Shown here one piece after another: positions 25,701 through 35,361 of a stretch of DNA of 64,000 nucleotides. Below the pieces are notes generated by a model. The model searched no databases, was not told the origin of the DNA, and saw nothing but the letters and a program-made list of their open reading frames with translations. The stretch is from Lingula anatina (Eukaryota > Animalia > Brachiopoda), in contig CM120643.1 in NCBI GenBank assembly GCA_051362555.1, positions 1,178,001 to 1,242,000 on the forward strand, written 5' to 3'. A program made the translations under genes and the position numbers. The number at the start of each line of letters is the position of its first letter. The stretch's first letter is position 1.

Positions 25701-28700
25701 GTATATGATAACTCGTGCATTTTCATATGTGATTATGGGTTAAGGATGTAAATATGTGAATAATTTATTCTTTAACTATGTTAAAAAATTTGCAAGACTC
25801 CGACCGTTGCCAATTCATTATGATGACAGAACTCTTCCCTCAGAGAATTACAAACACTGATCTCGCTGATGAGATCAGAAAAATGAATTTCTCTTTGACA
25901 ATATAATAGTATCAAAGTGTACTGTCATTAACCTATATTGACCAAACATTGCATTATACAGGGTATCAGTCAAATAGCCGAACGTGAGTCAAGAACTGAT
26001 CACAGTGTTTACTCTTCCTTCATCATGGTGATCCTGAGTCATGGTGGAGAGAACACGGTGATAGGCACTGACGGTTATCATATAGGGTATGACCAAATGC
26101 TTGCACACTTTGAGGCCTCCAAGTGTCCTACGCTGAAAGGTTGCCCCAAGATGTTCTTCATATCTGCGTGTCAGAGTCCCTGTCGTAAGTGTCCATCTTC
26201 CACATGGGGCATTGGTGTGAACCATACTTTGTGAAACAAGTTTTAATTTCATGAGTAAAGAGTGAGAGGTTAAATTGATTCCCTGTTTTCTGCTTTGATG
26301 TTTAAAGCTATAATGCTGTATAGTACTAGATATGTACTTTGCCCTCTTATGCGAACGGAGGGCGTTTCTATTATTATTATTACATATATAGTTGGTTGAT
26401 ACTGCTCTGTCAAAATATAGTTCGTTTGTGTATTTCATGCGATGTGTTGTTCAATTTTGGCCATTATAAAGTAAAAATATTTTTGTCAATTACAACTTGG
26501 GAATCGCTGCTTTATACTTCATTGACATGTCATTGTCTAATATTTAACAATTATCCTTTATTTCACAGAAGGTGAGGATGAAAGTGCGTCAGATGTAAAA
26601 ACGAAACCCAAGCAAATGACAACAAAGCCACAAAATACTTCCTCAAATACCGAAGACCGCAAAATAGCAGAAAAGGCCGATATGATATTAGTTACTTCAA
26701 CGACCACAGGTAATATTGTGAAGTCTGCTTGTTCTTTTTCAGCGGTTTCCACTATTAATACTTTCTCTTGGTCGACAAGAATCCTTCACAAATAGCATAT
26801 AAAATAAGTATAATTGGATAAGGTATAACAGTCAACCTTCTGTTAAAGCACCAACATCTTTAACGGTTTGATATCCGGCCGTCAAACTTAGGTTTGCTGA
26901 ATTGACGTTTCAGGTGACAAGTCTTGGCGATCTCCTACACATGGCACGTGGTTCATTCAGAGTCTGGTGAGAGAGCTCTCGGAAAGAGCATGTGACACCC
27001 ATCTACTTGATATATTGACACAGGTAATCACGCATTACAACAGTATATCATTTTATAAGAGTAGAGAATAAAGATTTATCTGTTGTTAATTTGTAAACAG
27101 GGTAATCAAAAATAAAAACAAAGGGTGACCGCCGTCTCTATCAACATCACATCCGGGTGTATCGGAGATTTTAGGCAGTTTAGAATCAAAGATGTGCATG
27201 ATGCAGGATGCAATCAGATTGCGTTTCAACACAGACGCAATCAGGCTTCCCATACATAGCTGTCTACCTGTCGAATCTGCAAGAACACCAGCGACGTTTG
27301 ACTTAAATTTCTTGCACCAATAACAAAAGTTGGTCAGGTCTATTAAATAGCGGTATGCTTAACTGGATTGATCTAATTTGAGCGGTTCTAAATTTTAGGG
27401 ATTTCTTTAAAATTACGACTCTTAAAAGGATATTTGTATTGTCTAGGGTATCATTGATTTGGTTCAAAATAAAGTCTTAATAATAAATGCTGAAACAACA
27501 TGTATTCCGCTGAAATATGGCTGATGGCTAAACATGTTTAGGTAAATTTATGAGATGCATTGATAGGAGAATTAAACTTTTTTGTAGATTTGATATAAGA
27601 GAAAATGTGGTATATTCTTAGTTTCAAAAATGCTCAGCTTTTTTATTAATAGAGCAACTTTCTGAACCAATCACATTGTTGATAATGAAAACAGTGAATA
27701 TGGAAAATCGCGAATAAAATGTTTTTCTTTAAACTCAGAACATGCGTAACATTTCAGAAAGAACAAAAACCGAAAAAAAAAACATTTTTGAATGGGAAAT
27801 GGGGATTGTTCCTTTATATGTACATGTAGAAATCGAAAGAAAAATAAAAAAACATTAGTTAATGAAATGTTTCAACATGAAAGAGAAGATGGCACATCAA
27901 TTTCTTGTTCTGTGCACTGGTTAAACAGAAAACAGAGCATAAATATAAACATAAGTAAGGTCTTCATATAAATGAAACATTCTGGGGTATACATGTAAGT
28001 TATGAAAAAATATAAGATAACTGGTAAAATTTATTATCATAACATTTATCTAAAGAGGGTTTTTACACAGAGTGTCATAAGCCTAAATGTGCTTTGCCAA
28101 GCATTGTCACTACATAGCATGACAATATATATCATAAATGAATGAATTTATATAGCTGTTCTGTTAGTGACCATGTCGCGCGGGGACTCTCTTACATTTC
28201 AGCCAGTCTATTAAAACTGTCAATATCTAATTGTACCGGTCCAGGCAAGTGTACCGCTAGATCTGGAAAAGGTTTAAGTGACATGTCCTTGTAAGAAACC
28301 ATAACAGCTAGACAGCTTTATACACGACTGTCATTGACGCGGTAAACTTACGTAAAGCTTTGCCCATAAGATTGTATATACCACTAGTAGACTCCTCTGA
28401 TGTCTTTGTTCAGAGAGAGGACTCCTTGTGGAGAGAGAAATGATCATCTCGTGCGTGTTGAATATAAAGGGAAGGGAGTTTTTAATCTACCAGTAATCTG
28501 CCAATGTTTCTCAATTCACATATTGCCTCTAAAAGAGGGCAAAAATACAAATCTTAAAAATGTCATATTTTGAACAAATATATTGATTTTCATATACATG
28601 TTCTCCGTGTTGATATGTTACCTAGTAATTGTTTATCTTCAAGGTGAACGGGAGTGTGTCCCAGATGACAACTCAAGACGGCTGCCGACAGGTTTCAGAA

Positions 28701-28751
28701 ATAACAAGATGCACGCTAACGAAGTGCGTGTATTTCTGGCCAGGCTTCTAA
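4169..28751 (+). CDS. Predicted multi-exon HEPN-(NB-ARC)-ROC-COR-caspase fusion gene (1399 aa; 1163 aa without the NB-ARC exon)
   Basis: Coding exons 4169-4751, 5400-6107, 8693-8920, 9343-9495, 10077-10319, 10577-10698, 15681-16851, 17046-17123, 17504-17575, 25095-25180, 25406-25579, 25962-26184, 26569-26709, 26914-27023, 28644-28751. All introns are GT-AG, phases are compatible, and the total is 4200 nt ending in TAA. The start is in a strong Kozak context (ACCATGG). Confidence 0.75.
5400..6107 (+). CDS. Exon: NB-ARC/STAND ATPase (NBD+HD1, no winged helix)
   Basis: LPDLKGREEL, Walker A GMGGIGKT, Walker B VIIFDNND, sensor-1 LLCTSRE, GxP motif CGGNPL. Phase-1 acceptor TTTCCAG (5399). Phase-1 donor G|GTAAGT at 6108. 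The unspliced read-through stops at 6161-6163 inside a TPR remnant. Confidence 0.75.
6625..7732 (+). mobile_element. Degenerate Tc1/mariner DNA transposon
   Basis: TIRs CAGAGTTACTACTTAA.../...TTAAGTAGTAACCCTG with TA on both sides. Transposase fragments GGNVSVWGA, YQDD and WPANSPDLNPIEKLW are split by frameshifts. Confidence 0.9.
8195..8348 (-). mobile_element. tRNA-derived SINE (same family as the copies at 31.0 and 37.1 kb)
   Basis: The reverse complement matches GTGGTTAGAGTGTCCGCCTCCGGAGCAGGAGGACGCGGGTTCAAGCCCGTCC and the body of the other copies. Confidence 0.85.
8693..10698 (+). CDS. Exons 8693-8920, 9343-9495, 10077-10319, 10577-10698: ROC GTPase domain
   Basis: G1 GPYGVGKT (8767-8790), G2 YTPGV, G3 WDFGGQDVYYTTHQTFL (10178-), YWLNSI and G4 GTHKD. 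The first exon has no in-frame ATG, so it is absent from the ORF track and needs an upstream phase-1 exon. Confidence 0.9.
9695..10007. mobile_element. 313-bp near-palindromic MITE with 3-bp TSD (PIF/Harbinger-like)
   Basis: GGGAGCATTCACATCGAG...CTCGATGTGAATGCTCCC with long imperfect inverted arms and AAT on both sides. Confidence 0.85.
11090..14790 (-). mobile_element. Decayed LINE (APE endonuclease and linker), interrupted at ~11600-13900
   Basis: Endonuclease remnants (CLAETF; HRGSGGVGCLLRK) at ~13918-14300. Linker peptides VLARWQRDYQKLFN and LNGPIRRDEV at ~11150-11500. Confidence 0.7.
11600..13345 (-). mobile_element. Ginger/GIN1-like intron-containing Gypsy-type integrase remnant
   Basis: Spliced pieces YLRENKYPPEASLKEKGVIRR | MHSSVIG | HLGRDKTLDKLQKKYYWRNMAEDVRKFIACCAICQK | IGIDLIGPLKET | GFPQTMLSDQGREFNN, separated by GT-AG introns. 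No RT or gag is nearby. Confidence 0.75.
15681..16851 (+). CDS. Exon: end of ROC (G5, FAISN) plus COR domain
   Basis: PVRWFQLE, HHHLGDVLHF, VILDPQWLADLF, LMEHFDL, KFVVPCML, FPPGLFHRLIIRL. Phase-0 acceptor at 15680. Phase-1 donor G|GTAAGC at 16852. Confidence 0.9.
17046..17575 (+). CDS. Two short symmetric phase-1 linker exons (17046-17123, 17504-17575)
   Basis: TTTCAG/G|GTAAGG and CAG/A|GTACGT boundaries with open hydrophilic frames of 78 and 72 nt. There is no homology support. Confidence 0.6.
17390..17417. repeat. (TG)n microsatellite
   Basis: Direct read. Confidence 0.95.
17972..24141 (-). mobile_element. Full-length BEL/Pao LTR retrotransposon in an intron, antisense to the host gene
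   Basis: 320-bp LTRs 17972-18291 and 23822-24141 (TG...CA, identical by eye), TSD GCCAT, and PPT AGGGGAGCCA next to the 3' LTR. Gag has three Cys/His knuckles, followed by protease LDEQS, RT YVDD, RNase H FSDAS and integrase. Confidence 0.97.
18583..23735 (-). pseudogene. BEL/Pao gag-pol polyprotein with a single frameshift at ~20380
   Basis: ORFs 20367-23735 and 18583-20349. The conserved NPADIASRG is restored by removing 5 nt. Confidence 0.9.
25095..28751 (+). CDS. Exons 25095-25180, 25406-25579, 25962-26184, 26569-26709, 26914-27023, 28644-28751: caspase (peptidase C14A) p20+p10
   Basis: RGRAVIINNVSF, PDREGTEIDVKRL, VILSHG, CPTLKGCPKMFFISACQS, ADMILVTSTTTG, SWRSPTHGTWFIQSL, LLDILTQVN, TLTKCVYFWPGF-stop. 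Confidence 0.92.
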
Positions 28752-29267
28752 GTAAAAGATGAAGAAATTAAGAAGTTTCCTGGGTGAACACAATGGATAT
28801 GTATACAATCCTATCAGACAAGTTGCCCTCTTTCGCCAATTTGTCTTTTCATATTGAGACGCTTGACAAACCTAGATGATTAAATGCATGTTCATTTATT
28901 TTTACCTAATGTGACAGTATACATGTGAGAATACCATTCATTATATTGTTTTCAGATACGTAACTGCGTACTGTCACTCTTTCTCTTTTTGTAATAATTC
29001 CTTGTCAAGTATATTACATTTATACATGATATTGTATATATACAAGCTATGGAAAACGGCAGATTACTCTATATATAAAACATGAAAAACGTCTTGTCTT
29101 TTGATTTGGTAATTGATTTTCAATCACAAAACATTTCAAATCCAAGCCACCTTTTAACAGTTAAATAGGCTTATAATGTCATTTTTACAATATTACTAAT
29201 ACTTACTAGTGAATTGCGGTATAATATGTATACAAAATTAGTCTTTATAACAAGTAGACTTTTTTTA

Positions 29268-31632
29268 CGAATTGCTTGTTTTCTTACCAACAGTTCTTGA
29301 ACACGTGCACCCCCTCTTGTTTGTAAACAAACCGCTGCACCGCTCATAGTCAGTAGCTCCCGCCGTCAGAGGTCTCGCACTGATCGACACCTGTGCCTGG
29401 TCCTGAAAAAATAGGCAGTAGTTTACACCCTAGCCTGCTAGTTGACACCATTATAACCTTAGCAACTTACAAAAAAAATACCGGGAAAATTAAAAAAAAA
29501 AAACACTATTTTTTTATCTCAGCATTATACAGTCGTCTGTAACAGTCCGTGAATGCATGGTGACGTCTATTATGGTGTATTCTGTCCTACAGATTCACGG
29601 AGGACGCTACACCGGGCTCCCGTATGTTTAAAGAAAAGACGGTATAACGACAAATAATTGCCACACATATTTGCCCGGTCCTTCGTTAAATTAATTTTTA
29701 TAAGAACACGTGTTTTTAGCGCATTAAACTTTAGGCGTGTTTCACGACGAACAAGCCTTCTCAAGCCCATTAGTTTAACTTTATTTTCACATTCTTAATT
29801 ATTCAGTATGCTAGTCTCAGTTAGCAATATCATTACATGCAGTTCTGCTTTAAAATCATCACAGTACCAGCAAAAGCACAAAATCAGTAAAATTATAAGT
29901 TATCAGTGTGAAGTATTTACAAGTCTATGTAAGACGCCACAAGTTTATGTAAACTGTTACAAGATCAATAGGCTTTTGGCAAGTTCGATCTAGAGTGAGT
30001 AGCTAGCCTATGTATACTATCATTCATTCTCTGCAGTTATCATTGTTCTTTTAAGTAAGCAAGCAAATATAGAATGTATGAGTACATTGTGCCTATATGA
30101 ATGACATGAAAGTGTGCTTTCATTGTGATTTTACCACCGCTGAGATGGTGTTTTCTAAAGATCCGTGGGACAAAGAGTCAAACAAACAATTTTAATATAC
30201 CAGTACGCGACGGCAGCTACCAGTAAATGAATCGAACAGGTAAAAACAGAGAACCCCCTTTCATCGAACTGCGTCTGTACATAAACTTGGTTTTTATTAA
30301 AAGGCTGTTTCCATTACGTGCTCCGCTAAGCACAGAGCATACGTACCAGTACTTCTTTGTGTTTGTGTTTTTCGAGAAGCAATAAAACGCTTGCAGTCCA
30401 ATGTACGGTTTTGTTAGTTATTTTTAACTTTGCTTTTAACTTAGCTGTTACTACAAGTTGCGCAGTTAACGAGCCCGTCAAATCTAAGAGAGACAGCATT
30501 AGGAAGAGGGGGAAATAAATTCCAAATTATCTGAGGTTTTCGATATCGGAACTGTACCGACAAATTGCACAAGAAGACATTTCGGTAAGTTGATCAAGGG
30601 CGGTTATACATTAATGTGTCCATTAACTGGATTACAGGCGTGATTCCTTTATATTAGGAAGAGTGTTTTAGAAGAGTCATGTAACTCTCTACCAGGACCC
30701 CATATTGCTTATGACTAGATATCTACAGGTATGCCCTGGCTGATTCTAATAAAGATAGATATCATAGTATATTTGTGAATACCTAGTGGATACCAATTAT
30801 TCGTCCCGATAGAGGGTACACTGTATAAGGCGATGGGTGGAGAATGGACCTCTTCTAGAAATACATGGAATGTACAGGACAAAAGGAAAAGTAGAAAAAT
30901 AACCTCAAGCCAGTGAAAGTGCAGTTACATGTATCATCCATATTCAGTTTTAATAATATGACATTTACCTGTGTATTTCATTACTGTACATAAACCGACT
31001 GGATGGCCTTGTGGTTAGAGTGTCCGCCTCCGGAGCAGGAGGACGTGGGTTCAAACCCGTCCTGGGACATATCAGTCCTTTATAAGCGGTACCTGCTGAC
31101 ACTCTGCTTGGCACTCAGCAGTAAGGGGTTGAAGCAGGGTGGCAGGCCTGGTGTGGCAGTGACGCTGTGGTCTATATTTGTCGCTAATTTTGGTCCTATA
31201 TTATATGACTGTGCAAAATGTAACTAGCATCCTGGTTAAAAATAAAATCATAGTCTAGAAAATAGACGTCCGGAAATCATTATGATGAGTGCAGTACAGG
31301 TTAATGACTAGTAAAGGAAGTGTGGGTCCCTTATAACTGGCAGAGATAGGTCCATAGTTACTATTGAACTTGAATCGGAAGTCATACACTGGCAATCTAA
31401 ATGTGACCTTGAAATTGGTTAAATTTAGCCGGTGTGACAGTAATGGTAGTCCTAGGAATGGAGTCCCCATGTGATGACTGCATATTGGGGGTAGCGGTCA
31501 CAAAATGGATGTTGGCCCGTTATTGTTTACACTGGCTCTATTCAGGGTAGGCAAATATGATATTTGCTACTTCAATTTGGATTTTATGGTTCACTGCATG
31601 TGGTTAAATGGTTGAAAGTCAGGTTTTGTCAC
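29268..31632 (+). repeat. Segmental duplication, copy 1 (~2.3 kb non-coding block)
   Basis: Colinear and highly similar to ~35362-37598. Confidence 0.92.
30997..31243 (+). mobile_element. tRNA-derived SINE with Meta-domain-like core
   Basis: A box TGGCCTTGTGG, B box GGTTCAAACC, then GGTACCTGCTG...CTTGGCACTCAGCAGTAAGGGG and an A-rich tail. Confidence 0.85.
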
Positions 31633-32699
31633 TGCGAGTTGGTATATAGTATTTGCAATTTACCTGATGCGATCGTTTTTCTTGCATTCCATACTGTAAG
31701 ATAAGTGATTCCTCCTTAGTTCCCTTTCTACTGTATTTTAATGCATAGGGAACTGTGCCTGTTCTATGAAAAATTGGAAAAGCTTTCTCCATGGTATTTA
31801 ACTTCCGTTTAACCTCAGTCACACACCTTTTATTTTTAACCATTTTAATGAAAAGTAATTCTTTCCTACATGTAGGCAAAATTGCTCCAATGTGGAAAAA
31901 GCATGAAACTTGGCACAAATGTTCTTTGGTCTATGCTGATAATTTTCAAGGGCAGTGCCCAAAATTTCAAAGCATTGCTTAGCAACCGTGACTATGAAAG
32001 TGAATTTCCTTCGTAACAAGCTATTTAGACCTTTCTTGTCCTGTTTAAATGGTTTAGAAATGCTAATCACTATGTTTCAGGACATCAAAGCTATCACTAG
32101 ATTATTTTAAGGCAATCAAAACCCAAATTAACCTTAGCCACGATTGCTAAGCAGCATATTACCCTAGCAACAAGCATTTAAAGTTGTGTTAGTCTATTAA
32201 GTAAGGCAAATCTATAATACTAGCTAAGAACCACAGTTTTGTGCAAGATGTTCATACTATTAATCCAGTAAGTTGAAACAATTGTGTGTTAACACATCCA
32301 ATCAAATACATTGCCAGTGCAGATACTTACATGTAAGGCAGCATGTTCAAAGTTAGTAACCAGCCATTTCCATGCTTTTATCACCTTACGACTCTTTATA
32401 AAATTTAAAACTGCAATAGTTAAGACGTTAAATTCTCCCTTGTATGTGCGATATACAGTGCATTTTGCCCTTGCACATTGTCAGCCTCTACATCTGCACC
32501 TACATGCACACTGGAGCAACTCTGGGCAGGTCAATAGTTTCCGGCAAATGTGTCCACAAGGGCCCACTGTTCCGCACAAGTCCAACCAGAGTGAACACAT
32601 GGTATCTGATGATATGGCACCGTAGTGCTGATTCAGAAATGTTCATCTCTCAATAATACTCTTATATTGTTGTATAACAGCCTTGGAGGAAGTAAGATA

Positions 32700-34150
32700 T
32701 GGCATCTAACGGCCTTTGGGTAGGAACAGAAACTTTTGAACTTCATTGATTAACAAAAAGAATCAAAATAGAACCATGCAGGTGTATTTAAGTTACTCGG
32801 TAGAGAATAGAAACTGACAAAATACTATGTGAAAAAAACTTTTTAGTAAATATTGAACAAAATGAAAATATCTTGGAAATCTGGTCTCTGAGAAACCTTT
32901 CAATACAGTGTAATAGGAAAGTCAACAGTGGTTAAACCTTTAGCATTTCTCATCTTACATAGGGCATGTATAAACTCTCCTACCAGCCCCCCCCCCCCTC
33001 CCTCAATGCTTAAAAATATGCTTATCATATTTAACTTTATCAGGAATGGAAAAAGATACAAAATAAAATGAGAAAGGATGGCGTCTGATTACAAAAATGG
33101 ACGGTAAAAGGTGCCACAAATAAAACATTTTACCAAGGCCCTAAACTTTACATGACTTAAAAGACTTCTTTATGAAGAAAATAAGAGTAAGTGGAGAGCG
33201 TTTTTCTCGGCGAACTATCAGGAATCGATAGTAACAAAAGGTGGATTAAAAACACTTAAAGGAATTCTTATCCCTTTTGGCAAAGATAATTGGTTCTTTG
33301 AGTGAAATTCAGGAAATGTCAATTTAACCCCAGATGAAATCTTATCACAACCATTATGTCAAAACTCAAAAATTGGAAGAAATTAAAAACTATTTTCCAT
33401 AAAATATGGCGTAATTTTTTTCATCAATGATATTATAAATGCCATTTGAATTCCCCACGGTCTAGAGGAACTCAACAAAAAAAAATCAACCTTAACACTA
33501 ACTTTCTTGGCTAATTCAGCATCCTAAAGACCTTACCATCTGAATGGCTATCTCTTCCCATGGAAGGAAATTACTCATAGCATTCCAAGAAATAATGGAC
33601 TCAATTAAACAAGTAACCAAACCATCAAGATATTTTTTCGCCAAAAATCCTCCAAAACCATATAATATCACCAGATAAAAGTGTAGGTGAATGGCAGACA
33701 TATTAAAAAAAAAAAAAAAAAAAAACTTGAGTACTGATAATTGGGAACAAACATTAAAGAAACGGATCACAAGAAAATGAAGTTGCTCCATTTTAGAATA
33801 AATAATAGAATATTCAATACATGTACTTATGCTTAACTTATGAAATTAACAAATTTGCAATACTGCTAGAGAAAATATTCTGTACGTTTTTTGGGATTGT
33901 CCATATGTAAAAAAGTTTTGGATGTGCATCATTTGCCCCGCTAAAGATAATTTAGGTGTGGACATTGATATATCTCCAGAGATATTTTTATTTGGGTTTG
34001 TGCAAGCATACACTATTTATGTATCTATCTTAATAATTAAGAAACAAGTTAGTATATGTAGAATGGGAACAGAAAGATGGGAAGGAACTCGAGGGTATGT
34101 AAAATGCTACAGAGATATCTGTGTATATATTATTAAATATATATTATATA
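32700..34150 (+). mobile_element. Decayed 3' part of an L1/Tx1-like LINE
   Basis: Frameshifted remnants of the W-R-LS-GK...NFIW-GK-KIK motifs and a C-terminal FWDCPYVKKFW motif. It is flanked by an inverted repeat pair (~31940-32180 / ~34166-34330). Confidence 0.6.
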
Positions 34151-35361
34151 TAAATATATAATGTTAAATACTTGTTGCTAGGGTAATGTGCTGCCTAGCA
34201 ACTGTTGCGATGGTTTACATGGGTTTTACATGGTGATATTTCTGGTGGTTTGAAACATAATTAAAAGCCTTTTTAATTATTTAAACTGAACAAGAAATGT
34301 CCAATTAGCTTTTTGCACCAGTCGTCTAGACTATATAGAATGGCTCTAACATTTGTGGCATTTTTACATTTGAAATAAAACCTGTTTACAAGGGTAATTC
34401 CGACTGGATATATGGTTGAAAGTTAAACTATCCAAACAGTTGACATGACTATTCGTAAATTCAGTTGCTTTGAACACATTCCCATCACTCAACATGAATA
34501 GGTAGATTATAAATGTATTTATTGTCCTTTAACGGGTCAATGATGACGTGTCTTAGGAGGAATGTCCTTAGGAGATACAGGGGCCGCTGTATTCAAAAGG
34601 TGAGCAGATCACGTGAGGAAGGGAAACGATCATTCGAAGTCGAGCTACGCTGCTGTACGGACATTCTAGTTTATTCCAAAGTTTTTTGTATAAAACATTT
34701 GTATAAAGTGAGGGTTTTTCTTATGCGATGCAAAATCATCAGATTTATATAAGTACAAACTGTACCAGAATTGGAATTGGGCTATGCGGGAGATCTAACT
34801 GGTGACGGAGCAAACGTTTGTATGTAATATTGTATCGTCTGCACAAAGACAGAGGCACATCGACTACTTCCTATTTATAAATAAATGATTTGATGTTTGG
34901 AGATGAAGTGATTTTGTTTGTTGAGAGTTATTAGACGACCAATAATTTATATACGTTTAAGGGTAATCGAATTAGAATATAACTGAATGCAGTAGATTGT
35001 TTAAAACCAATCAAATTAGTTAAGATTAACCGTTTTGGTGAGTTACCAGTCACTGATTGGAGGCAACCGTATATAAATGGTTATAATTGAAATGGTTTTA
35101 TGTAACTGAATGCATTGCTTAAAAGTAACCGAAATGTTAACCGCTTGGATCGGTTAAAAGGCCAACTGATTTTGATACAATTAGGTCAAGTGAATATTTA
35201 GTCGGCTGTATATTGAATATATTTTCGGTTAAGTTTAACTGATCAATTTTAATTTTGATATGAAATCGTACTTTAATCATGTAAGAGGATGTTTTTTTTT
35301 TTTTTTCATAACATAATTATTCGGATAAAACAAGTACTTTTTCTCGTTTTTTAATTTTAAA

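Noticed and set aside
30997-31075. tRNA-like sequence (also at 37066 and 8270-8348 on the minus strand)
   Set aside because: It has A/B boxes but continues into a shared SINE body and lacks a proper acceptor stem. It is a SINE head, not a tRNA gene.
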